This document shows positions 1 through 11,115 of a DNA stretch of 64,000 nucleotides, piece after piece. The first letter of the stretch is position 1. Every line of letters begins with the position of its first letter. The notes beneath the pieces are model-generated. The model had not been told where the DNA came from. It saw only the letters and a list, made by a program, of their open reading frames with translations, and ran no database searches. The DNA comes from Asterias rubens (lineage: Eukaryota). Both the position numbers and the translations under genes were made by a program. The stretch is taken from the NCBI RefSeq assembly GCF_902459465.1, contig NC_047070.1, positions 15,748,001 to 15,812,000 on the forward strand, given 5' to 3'.

Positions 1-625
1 TGCATACAAATTAATAAGCCATTTTGAGATATGTTGGACACAAATACACTAATTGGATTGAGTAAACCTTTTAAACTGTCAACCCCAAATCAAACAGTGG
101 CGGACAATTGGTGCCCAGCATATTGCCGTTGGTCCGCTCTCCCTGGAGAAAACCTAGTGTGGAGTTAATAAGAAGTAATTAACGTCAAATGCTTAATTCT
201 CTCCCGTGTTTTAAATTTTAGTTGCTCGATTTCACAATCATCTTAAACACCATCAATTGAGCCTTGATAACGCTCTCGTGAGGGTTGATTTGGTCAAGCA
301 TTAAGTCTTAAAATTTTGACCTCAAAAGAATTTCTCTTTTTGTTTCTGACTGCTTCGTATGCTGAATACGGAAGGAAATCCGAAAACAGAAGACGAACAA
401 TATCTCTAATAAAAATAGAACAGCACTTGGCATTTAATGTTGTGCTGCAATAAAGGCCAACGTGACTTTAATAGAAATTAACAGGATGTGAGCCAATAAG
501 TTGTTTTTATATACGGGATGTTTTGTAAAATGTTTCTTTTTCGTTTTGGTTGAAGCTGTATACAAATTGTGATTGTGTTTCAATGAGTACATGGTTAACT
601 CGTTGACGATTGAACTTTGGTATTA

Positions 626-707
626 AGGTGCCGATTTACCAATTATAAAAGGGGGTAAAATGGGGCAGGTGCCGATTTATCAATTATAAAAGAGGGTAAA
701 ATGGGGC
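626..707. repeat. 41-bp tandem duplication
   Basis: AGGTGCCGATTTA(C/T)CAATTATAAAAG(G/A)GGGTAAAATGGGGC twice, with a decayed third copy near 790-830. Confidence 0.8.
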
Positions 708-3152
708 CGGACGGGAGGACTGTGGGCTAATGAAACGGGAATTTCTGCTGTGTTTCGTCTTGAAATTCTTAAATAAAATAAAAATAAAAGGTGTTGCGAT
801 TTGTCAATCGTGAAAGGGGTAAAATTTGGGCAGGATTATAGGAGTAGTTGCTTAGAAAGTGGTAGGGCCTAATTTCTGCTCTATTTTGTATTAACTGACT
901 CTACAAAATAAAATTATACTCTCTCCAAATGGTTTTAAACCTAGATTGAAACCATTTTCAACCTACATTTTAGACTGACTGGTCCTTATTGAAAGATGAA
1001 TATACTTCATTACTGAACTTCTTCGTTCAGAGCAATTAGCTCTAACTGGTGAAATACATCTCAGTTTAAAGAAGTTCGGCGTGGTCAATTATAATGCATT
1101 CAAATGGAAGGAACTCGAATTATGACATTTGTGGAGTGGAAATGTCATCATCGAGACAACTAGGTTGATTGAAGGAACCTTTGCTCATAGGGGTAAAAAA
1201 AATCGTAAATTTCCAAAACAGTATAGGGCCTACTATAAATATCATTATGAAAATGAAAAACATGGAACAGAAATTAGTATTCAGATGTCACAGTTTGGGG
1301 GTTGTTTTCAAAATAATACCTGCAGGTTTTTTCTAAGGTTTTTTAAATTATAATTATTGTTATTTTGAGGCATGGGTCTTTCTTTTCATGCCCAGATGTT
1401 GTCCCTAATCCATACACATCATACTTTATCTTGACACTATCTATTAAACTCAAGGGGAAATTTTTGTTGAGAATATTTCACAGGGGACTTCGTACAGGAA
1501 AACCATATTGCCCTAACACACGAGGTGCACTTTGTAAAAACAAAAATGCAACAATCTAAAAATTGAGTATGGTATATAGATATTGCTCCTGGTCTAGCTC
1601 TAGTGTTAAAAGGGACTAAAGAATGCAGATTGTTCATAAGAGGCTCAATATTGGTTTGTGTATAGTTATAAGGCACAAGAGAAACGCTGCAACAGGATAA
1701 ATTAATAAAGTTAGCAGACACTGTCTCGATATTAGGTCTTCCAAAATCAGGTCAGATGGTCAAAAGCTCTCAACTCAAGCTGCAGAAATCTCAAGCTTCG
1801 GTCTTCCGAATGTTACCTCGGTCAAAGGCCTTAAGAAAAAGAAAAAAGGAATTGTGTTAAAGAATATTTGACACTATAAGTAATTTCCGAGTTCTGAATC
1901 AATCCACCTTAGAGTGTAGAAGTCCTGAACGGCGGTTGAGCTGATGATCGGTGTTTCTGGTTTTAGGTTTCCGGTATTGTTAGCATTTCGTTAGAGTTTG
2001 TGTAGAAATGCAGCGGTGGAGATGAAACTAAACATTGGGGAACATCTCTGGAGGTTTGGGCATTTTGGGCGAAGAAAAATAATGCCCTCAAGAACATGGT
2101 GTGGCTGCTGTAAGAAGAAACCTTTGCTGAACTGTCAAGTGATTAAGTAGTGACTTGAAGGGTTAGGAAAACAATTTTCGAAACAGTTCACTTAACCCGT
2201 GGTTTGTTCGTTAACATAATTGGCAGTTTAAATGTATTTTAATAAAGGCCTACATGCTGTTTTAATCACTTATTATCGAGAATATACTGACAGTTAAACA
2301 AGATTTTAAATGAACCTAAATATTAAAAATTGGGGGGGGGGGGGCATTCTGCTGTTTATCAAACACTTATAAATGAAATTACTAGGACATATCAAGAGAG
2401 TTTTGAATTCACCATCTTATTTGTATTTGATTTTATTCTCTTAAACTATGTTTTAGGTGGGGAACCGAACAAAACAATTGACAAATGATTGTACTTATTG
2501 ATTTCCTTAAACACTGGGGTATAGTAGGTCTTGCAAATAAAATAAGGATTGTTTGAGTTGTTCTCAGCAACATCACTGGAAAGTAAAAAATTTACTGTCG
2601 CATTTTATAAGATCTTGAAATGTTTTTCATTAAGGGTCAATTATTGATCTATATTCGAATCGGTAGTTTCTTTGAACCAGGGCATATTTTTTTATAAACT
2701 ATACTATAGCGACTATCATAACCTGCCTACATCCAAACCACAGAAAACTCAAGCAACGGAAGCTAAATGCAGCTCCAAAAAACAACTCTTAATATTTGTT
2801 CCGATTGAATGATCGCTAAATGGTGTAGTTGAGTATTGTAATGCACTCGAACAAAAAGCATTCCGCAAACCCCCTGTGTCTTGAGATGTATTCTCGATGC
2901 TCAAGAAGCTTTCATCATGGTAGACATTAATACCCGTAGGCAGGGATGTCTATTTAGTCAAAGAACTCCAAATCCATCTCCCTTTTCTTTCTTTTTACCA
3001 ATCAAGAGAAACGGAACAGAATTGTCTGTTTCAGCTGTTTGTGGATTTTAAAGTGAAAATGTCAAGTTAGTTTAATATGTCAAGTGGTCACAACTCAAAT
3101 CATATGTTTGTTTTTCTTTTTGGTACATCAATATTAATCCAGTCTATATTTA

Positions 3153-3508
3153 AAGGATCTATGTAACTTTTGTAGGACAAAAAACACAATGTCCACAGAT
3201 TTACACTAAACTTACACAGTTTGAAGACAATGACAGTAGAAAGCTGCCCTGAAAATATTACGTGCTGAGGTGCTGTAGTTTTTGGAAAATGAGTAAAACA
3301 ATGTCATGAAAATAATTTTCGTCTCATGAGACGAAAATTATTTTAATCATTTACAAACGTAATTTCATGACATTGTTTTACTCATTTCTCAAAAACTACA
3401 GCACCTCAGTACGTAAAATTTGAAGGGAAGCTTTCCACTCTCATTATCTTCAAATCCTGTAAGTTTAATGTAAATATTATGGACATTTTGAACAGGTACC
3501 CAAATCCT
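3153..3508. mobile_element. TTAA-flanked foldback MITE, family B
   Basis: TTAA-AGGAT...ATCCT-TTAA; long imperfect palindrome centred on TTTTCGTCTCATGAGACGAAAA. Confidence 0.8.
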
Positions 3509-4520
3509 TTAAGTCATAATGGTACACTTGTAATTACAAGTCACAAATTTGTCTTTGATCAAAGGTTTACGTTTGCTAATGACTCTTAAAATTACTAGCA
3601 ATAACAACTTTTGGTTACAAGCCTATAGCAGACTTCGATACAAAACATTTTGAGAAATATTTCGCTTCGAATTCATGTACATGTGAAATGATATCAGTTG
3701 TTTAGCCCAAAAATATGAATCTGAGAAGCGTTACTGTCAGTAAAGTTTTTCAGATTGTGTATTGCTTTTAGGGATTATTCTTCCTGGGTAGCATTCACTA
3801 CGGATTTTCGGCGAAACTAAGTTTCATTAAAAGGTCAGTGTTGTTGTGTACATAAGTTAAAACAATCGCACGGTTCCAAAACTTTGCCTTTAAATTAGAA
3901 GAACGAAACATAGTGCATGTCAGTCATTAAGTCTTGCGATCTTGGAGATTTCTAGAAAGACATTCTGTGTGTTTCCTTTGTGGTGGATGCTCCTCCTTCC
4001 CAACTTCATGAGAAATCAAGAATGAGCAAATCTCGACATGATTCCGACCTCGGTCAACGAGAGAGAGAGAGAGATGTCCATTTTGTGTTCAGTATGCAAA
4101 CACAAAGGCTCGTGAGCTGTGTAGTTTTCTAAACGTATTTAAACAACATAGCACTTATTGACAGTCAGACCATGTATTTATTCAGGATAAGAAAAAAAGT
4201 GACTGTAATACGACTGGACTTGAGTCTTATTAGGTTCGGTATTGTGTTTCTAAACCTAAATCAGTTTTGGGTAACAGTCCGGTATTTTCCTGCAAACAAT
4301 CCTGTCTGGAATCGATATTTTGGACAAGAAGACTCCAGTTAAATTGTCTCTCTTTTCAGGGTAATCAGTTAGACGTCAATCCGCTGTCGGAAAAATGTTG
4401 TTGGTTTTGATCTCCAATTTGAAAATAGTTTAAGTTTGGGAGTGTCATTTGCATATGTTTGTTTGTTATTTTGCTAGTTTTTGTTTTGTTTTGTGTTTTC
4501 TAATTTTTTTTTTTTTAGGT

Positions 4521-4896
4521 TTGCTGATATTGGTGTTTTGATACTCGCTTCTTTCCTTCGTGTTTTGTTGCTGATATTGGTGTTTTGATACTCGCTTCTT
4601 TCCTTCGTGTTTTGTTGCTGATATTGGTGTTTTGATACTCGCTTCTTTCCTTCGTGTTTTGTTGCTGATATTGGTGTTTTGATACTCGCTTCTTTCCTTC
4701 GTGTTTTGTTGCTGATATTGGTGTTTTGATACTCGCTTCTTTCCTTCGTGTTTTGTTGCTGATATTGGTGTTTTGATACTCGCTTCTTTCCTTCGTGTTT
4801 TGTTGCTGATATTGGTGTTTTGATACTCGCTTCTTTCCTTCGTGTTTTGTTGCTGATATTGGTGTTTTGATACTCGCTTCTTTCCTTCGTGTTTTG
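4521..4896. repeat. Minisatellite, 8 identical 47-bp units
   Basis: Unit TTGCTGATATTGGTGTTTTGATACTCGCTTCTTTCCTTCGTGTTTTG starts at 4521, 4568, ... 4850. Confidence 0.95.
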
Positions 4897-5162
4897 AAAT
4901 ATTATTAGGCCTACTCAGGCCTATATCTTGGATCTTTCTAGTTTTTATCTGTTTTTCTAAACTATTTTATTTTGTGTTTTTGGTTACTGGTGTTGTTGTA
5001 CTCTTTTCTTTTCCTTGGTGTTTTGTACTCGCTTCCTTCCTTGGTGTTTTTTAATCATGTTTTGGAGATATTATTAAGCATGATATTTTGGATCTTTCTT
5101 AGTTTTGTATCTGGCACTAAACTTATTGAATGCAGCCCGTGTATTTTTCTTCGGGTAGTTAA

Positions 5163-5541
5163 AGGCAATGGACACTATTGGTAATTACTCAAAATAATTA
5201 TTAGCATAAAACCTCATTTGGTAACGAGTAATGGGGAGAGGTTGATAGTATAAAACATTGTGAGAATTGGCTCCCTCTGAAGTAACATAGTTTTCGAGAA
5301 AGAAGTAATTTTCCACGAACTTGATTTCGAGACCTCAAGTTAACAAACTTGAGGTCTCGAAATCAAGCAACTGAAAGCACACAACTTCGTGTGACAATGG
5401 TGTTTTTTCTTTCATAGTTATCTCGCAACTCCGGCGACCAATCGAGCTCAAATTTTCACAGGTTGGTTATTTTATGCATATGTTGAGATACACCAAGTGA
5501 GAAGACTGGTCTTTGACAATTACCAATAGTGTCCAGTGTCT
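5163..5541. mobile_element. TTAA-flanked MITE, family A (AGG...CT termini; T2/Kolobok-like)
   Basis: TTAA at 5159-5162 and 5542-5545. TIRs AGGCAATGGACACTATTGGTAATT / AATTACCAATAGTGTCCAGTGTCT. Several related copies in the window. Confidence 0.85.
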
Positions 5542-8500
5542 TTAATATCAACTTCTTGTTTGGGCACTAAGTATGGCGGTATCTTTATTGTATGTGACAT
5601 GATTACCAATAACCAACAATACATGACAACTGGCTGTTTCTACTATTCACGGTTATTGTGTAGGCCTTTAGGTTCGCTTAGTATGTGATATGAATTAACA
5701 ACCATTAACACGAGATGCATCTAAGTGCCTCACCTGCTTTAGAAAGAAAGATATACCATCACCAGAGGGAGGGAGATTGTCACAAAGAATACCTCAATCC
5801 CTAAGGAGCGTTCAAGCCAACTGCTGTTTACTGTTAACGTAGCCTACAACTCACCTCTCTCATTGCTCTTCACAGTATACAAGCCGTGCACGGAATAGCC
5901 GTTGGGTTTCTATGTCACGTCCCAAATTGTCAGTTACATTTGGTGTTAACGTTATTATAATTGATGTTTCAATTAGAGTTAAATGCATTAAGAGAGACCA
6001 TTACGCCATTGCATTAGCCACACCAGGTCGATACACCAAACACCCTAAGACGACCAAAATGCAATTGATTCTTTCTATATTTCACGCGATGGGGACTTAA
6101 AGGCAAACATCATCGTTGGCCATTTTAATGCACTTTGTCCCTAGGGACACGTTAAGGTAGCCTCATCTGAGATCTGTGTTGTACACCGAGGATTAATGTT
6201 GCCTGACAGCGCGAAGCATCATGGGTAATTGGTAGAATGAAACAAGATGGGTTACCTGAGGGGGCCCACTCGTTGTGAACATCTTCGAGGGGGTCCGTCA
6301 AAGGACGTCATTGACAACACTATGAAACTGTGTCAGCCCCTTTTAGATAAATGTCTTTTGTCTGATAAGTTGCTCTTGGCAATTGCTAGAAAAGTTTCAA
6401 GATAACTTTCAGATCAAACGGAACTTGAACACGAATGAGAGACAAATAATTGTACATTCATTCTATATAGATAAAATGGTCTATCAAAAAGAGTCCTCGC
6501 AGCACAAAGGCATACACAAAATTGTATTTTTATTGAGATTTATGTCGTCGTGAAACTGCAATAATTTCGGTTTTCCAGTTATTGATATAGATGCTGCTTT
6601 ACCAATATCTTCCATAATACCATGCCCGGTTGGCTCTGTACCGAGGGCATGTCAAATGCGACGGACAATTTTAGATGAATAAATTAAGTTAACCCTCTGG
6701 AAGAAACTTCCCGCATTTTCCATCACCGTAATGGAGAAATGCGCACAATTGCTACCCAGTAATGAGGAATAGATTTGTAGGTAACAAATGGTTGTACTCA
6801 GTTTATTCGTTTATGGTAAGATATTTTACCCATATTTTACACTTTCAACTTATAAAAAGGGTCACATGTGACATTTTTAAATGTGTCAATGTGATCTAAA
6901 ATATTTAGATATTATGTTGTTTGGTTTTCGTTTCCTAGGTTTGTCGTGTTTTATTATTTTCAAATCTGTGTACTACGCTTTTTGTAAGAATGTTGTTGAT
7001 TAATTTTCTTCTGCGCAAAGATAAACAGAAGAATTCCACGGCAAGCAGAACCATAATTTTGAACCCAGTTGCGTCCTCAGTTAAATTATATCTTTCCTGA
7101 GTAGAGCTTTTGTGCATCGATCGCGGTATTAACGTAGTCATTTTGAATATTAAGTCGTATACTGTTTTAAAAACATTTTTCTGTAGGTTTTAAAGAATGT
7201 ATTCCACTGAACATGTAAATATTTGAATGTAGATGTTGGATGGTATCTAAATCACGTAGCGTTAATCCAGTGAGAACCTTCTTAAAGATCTACATAAATT
7301 ATGACGTACATTGCAGGTGTCCTTCCACCCCATCAGAGCAATCGGTACCTAGCCTCTCTGATGCTTAGATTAGACCGCAAAGCTCATGGGCGCCAGCCTA
7401 ATTCAGTGACCTCATCTCACACGCTTCACTCACGGTCGCCATTTTGTTATTCCTTTTTAAAACAAACGCGACCCATTGAACCGTATTAGGAATTCCTTTA
7501 AATCGTGTTTTTTTTAAACCTCACTGCAGAAGTAAGCCAGCGCGATGGTAGCTTTGGCAATAAATGTGAAAATAATATCGCTAAAAGATAGTTTATATCT
7601 ACAACACATGATAACCTACCGGCCTATTTTACACGCTTCCTACATCAGATGACGAAGTAACAAGACACGCAGGGTAATAATTACTTCATTGTCGCATTGC
7701 GGCCGCACGCAATTAAGATGTTCCCGCTATCATTTTATTGTATATTTTGCATTCGATTCTCGGTGTCAGATGACGAATAAAAATCTTACCATTTCCACCC
7801 TTTAGGGAGTCTTTCCAAAAAACAGAAGGCTTTGTAATTTATGTAAAGAGGAAAAATAAATAGAGCTCTCTGACATTTGATGGTTTAATGTAAAGTGGGC
7901 TGGAACTCCGTAACGCGTATCAAGTAACGTAGACATCCTTGGGATACCAGTTGGTTTTGTGTGCTATCCTCAAACCCTATGGGTGTAAAATCACTCGCGC
8001 TTTTACCTTGAAGATTGGGAAATAAGACCTGTTTTAAACTGCGATAACTGATCAAATAGCAGCATATTGTGGGTTTATTTCGTAGTTTCTACACCCTTTG
8101 AAAACATTGACTCTGCCGCTATCGGACGAAGAGACCGCAGTAAGAAAACATGGGTAGGAGTTATAGATCAAAACTCCATTAGTCAAAGGTAGAATCAATT
8201 AATTCTAGGGAATTTAATCTTGTGTTTTTGGTTCAGTTACTGCTGGGTATTATACCTAGGTGATGTACATTGGGTGTATTGATGCTACACTGAATCCAAA
8301 ACCTTCCTTCCTGTTGTCTCTGCGATCATCTTAAAGTCTCGGGCTGCATCTCTGCACTGGTATCTCTCAGTATCTGGATGTAGATTCCTTTAAGAAAACA
8401 AGCAAATCGCATTTTGCACTTTGTGTGTTAGTCAAGCATGTATAAATAAACCAAAGGATACCGTGCCGTGTGCTTTGATGGAGAAAGATACCCTTCGGTA

Positions 8501-9360
8501 AATATCTTAATAAAGGATAATATTCCCAATACTTTTATCTGTCCGAATTATCAAACAAAATTATCTTGTTATCATCTCACGTTCACATGAATCAATCCGT
8601 CTCCAACGCACCTACTTTTTTCCCCCTCATCTTTCTCATGTTCCGCTCGTAACTATAATCTCGTCGTTATATTGATTTTACTCTAAGCGAACATTTTTCA
8701 ACCGACATTTTGTAACTGTAACTAAAGTGCATCCAAGTTATTTTTATTGGTCCAATATTTGGTTAATTGCCTGGGTACGAACAGCTGGCCCCGGCCCCCT
8801 GAGGGTTGCCTGGCCGTAACGGTCTTAACGTCCTCTTAATGTAGATCTTTTTTCTCGTGTTGAACGCAATGTGAGGTGGGCAGAATGTAGTGTATTGTCT
8901 TAGATAAAACGTTGATTGCGTCTCGGTAAACTTCTTCACTGTATCGACTGATCATCAATATGCCTATAAGACTAGAGCATTTACTGGATAACCCCCCTGC
9001 GAAGGGTATTATTTGACAATTTGAACCAAACGAGTAAAGCCCAGTTTGTACTACTTGCGAAAGCGAGCGTAAGCGATAAAGTTCGCAACAACTAATTAGC
9101 AAAGTTTTCTTCTCATGCGAAACAGCCAGTTATTTACTTTTTATTTCTAAGTATTTTTCTTATCATTGCCTTTTGTGTGGTGCTTTAAACGAGAGAAGGT
9201 TAAAATGCTTGTTAGTTTACTATAAGCTGTCGTAAACATTTTCTTCATCTATCTTTAGCTTTTTTAGAGAGCCATTTTGTTCTTCGTGGCTCCCGGGGAT
9301 TGGAGTTATCTTATTGAGATGTTCCGATTCAAAATAAAGAATTATTACTATTGCAGAATA

Positions 9361-9603
9361 TTTGACCAAGGTGGTATTTTGGGGACGTAGTTGAAGTCAT
9401 GGTATGCAAGCAGTTTGCAGAAATCGAACGTGAAGTAAACGTCTTAGAATAATTATTCACATTATGCAAATTGTTGGTAGAGTATAAAGTTACACTTAAG
9501 ATCTGCATAATGTGAATAATTATTCTTAAACGTTTATTTCACGTCCGAATTTCTACTTTGGCACCATGACTTCAACTACGTATCCAAAATACCGCTTGCC
9601 AAA
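9361..9603. mobile_element. Foldback (palindromic) MITE
   Basis: Arms GGTATTTTGGGGACGTAGTTGAAGTCATGGT / ACCATGACTTCAACTACGTATCCAAAATACC plus inner inverted arms. Confidence 0.7.
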
Positions 9604-10047
9604 TTTCCCAACAGAATTAAACATGGCAAACTTCAAATAACACTTTGAATGGAAACATCTCTAAGATGCATCCAGCTCCGGGGGCCACGAAGTCAAATGA
9701 GGCTCCCTAAAGAAGCTAAAGACAGAATATGAAACAGTAAAAGGTATTGGTCATAAGCGAGTGTACATTGTCTCTCGTTGATACACCCTGGACGCTTCAA
9801 TAAAAAGGAATCTAAGAGTATAACTTCTTGTCTTAGCGCGAGTGCAGTTTCGATGTGAAGCGTTTTACCTCTTTCTTATCACGTATGTGGCTTATCTCTA
9901 TACCCAATCATTCTGTTATTTATACTTTTATTATCAAAGTAAACTTGACAAAAGTTGTATAAAAGTATAATATTATGCTTACACACTATACTTTACACAA
10001 TCTTTTTTCCCCCTTACTTTTCAATTTATTCTGTGTGTTTAATAGTC

Positions 10048-10399
10048 AGCTACCGTCCAAGATTCGTATCCTGTCTGACCTTGGGCCTATTACACATAAA
10101 TTATGTTTGAAAGTCCTGTCTTAATACCGGAGTTTTATAAGAAACATGGAACCATTACTTTCGTCTGGGATGAGTGACATTAAATGTTGTTGACGGTGAA
10201 CAAAAATACCGACCACGACTGACAGTAATTCCTTAAGCTGTTGACGAACAAAATGGTGAAAACGACTGACATTAACTCCATAAAGACTGCTGACTGCTGA
10301 CTGCTGAAAGAAATATTTTCGGATATCGATTAATATTTAAGAGTTTGCCTCATACAGAAAAAAATCTTCATCAAAATCAGTCGAGACTTCAAACCTTAA
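10048..10399. repeat. Dispersed ~350-bp repeat; second copy at 24664-24956
   Basis: Shared CCAAGATTCGTATC...ACCTTGGGC, GACTGACATTAACTCC and TTTGCCTCATACAGAA...CTTCATCAAAATCAG...CAAACCTTAA. Confidence 0.7.
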
Positions 10400-10962
10400 T
10401 TCGCTTCAACTTGTTTTTCTAAACATTAAAATAAAACAAACAAAGGATACATTCTTCTCCTTCATTTAAACCACCTTATTATCGTAGCTTTAATATTTCA
10501 GTCTTTATGAATCGTGAAACCAAGTTGTGACCTTTGATGAATTCCCATCACAGACTCTTGTCATCCAATGAAACACTGAATCAATTGATAATTAATTACT
10601 TTACCATCTAGTCAATTATTACAAACAGGTAGATCTACGTGTCAAAGCTCATAAAATATAACACAGTAAACTGTTCGTGCTTCACATTGATGAGAGCCTA
10701 GGCCTGTCAGTTCCTCATACAGTCAGTAAAGCTATTATAACTCGAGATAGCTGTATCAATGACAGCTTCATTCTCTCGAGCCCTGTGGCAGTTTTTGTCG
10801 ATAAATTTCACTCCTGGAGTCGATCTATATTTGATGATTTGTTTTACAGCTAAGGTGTCATAACTGGATTGACACGAAAACAAATCAATCCCAGTTGAAA
10901 TGAAGAGTCGCCCTCATAAATCAAATTAGGCACGAACTCATTTGTTTTCTTAAAGACAAGAC

Positions 10963-11115
10963 AAGGCCTGACACTTCACGGAGGCAATGAAGGCGGTTGC
11001 CTCAATGCCCCATGTCATTACCTTGGTGCCTTTGAGATGTTCCAGTAGAAATTTACAATTTCCCTTTAAGGAGAAAATACCTTGGTGACCTTTAAAAAAC
11101 GAAGCATACAGTTTT
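10963..11115. repeat. Dispersed repeat family with a CAGGCCTG-like terminus; related fragments at 36064-36239 (inverted), ~49590-49720 and ~63770-63890
   Basis: Shared blocks such as CAAGGGCACCAAGGCAATGAC and TGAGGAAAATGT..ATT...GGCACCACAGCAAAAGCACAG. Confidence 0.55.

Noticed and set aside
1129-1860. Run of short + strand ORFs as a pseudogene
   Set aside because: The frames do not line up without several shifts and stops, and no family is recognisable.
4521-4896. CRISPR array
   Set aside because: Head-to-tail identical units with no spacers, in a eukaryotic genome with no cas genes.
8780-8830. GC-rich segment as an HDV-like ribozyme
   Set aside because: Could not build the P1/P2/P3/P1.1 nested pseudoknot.
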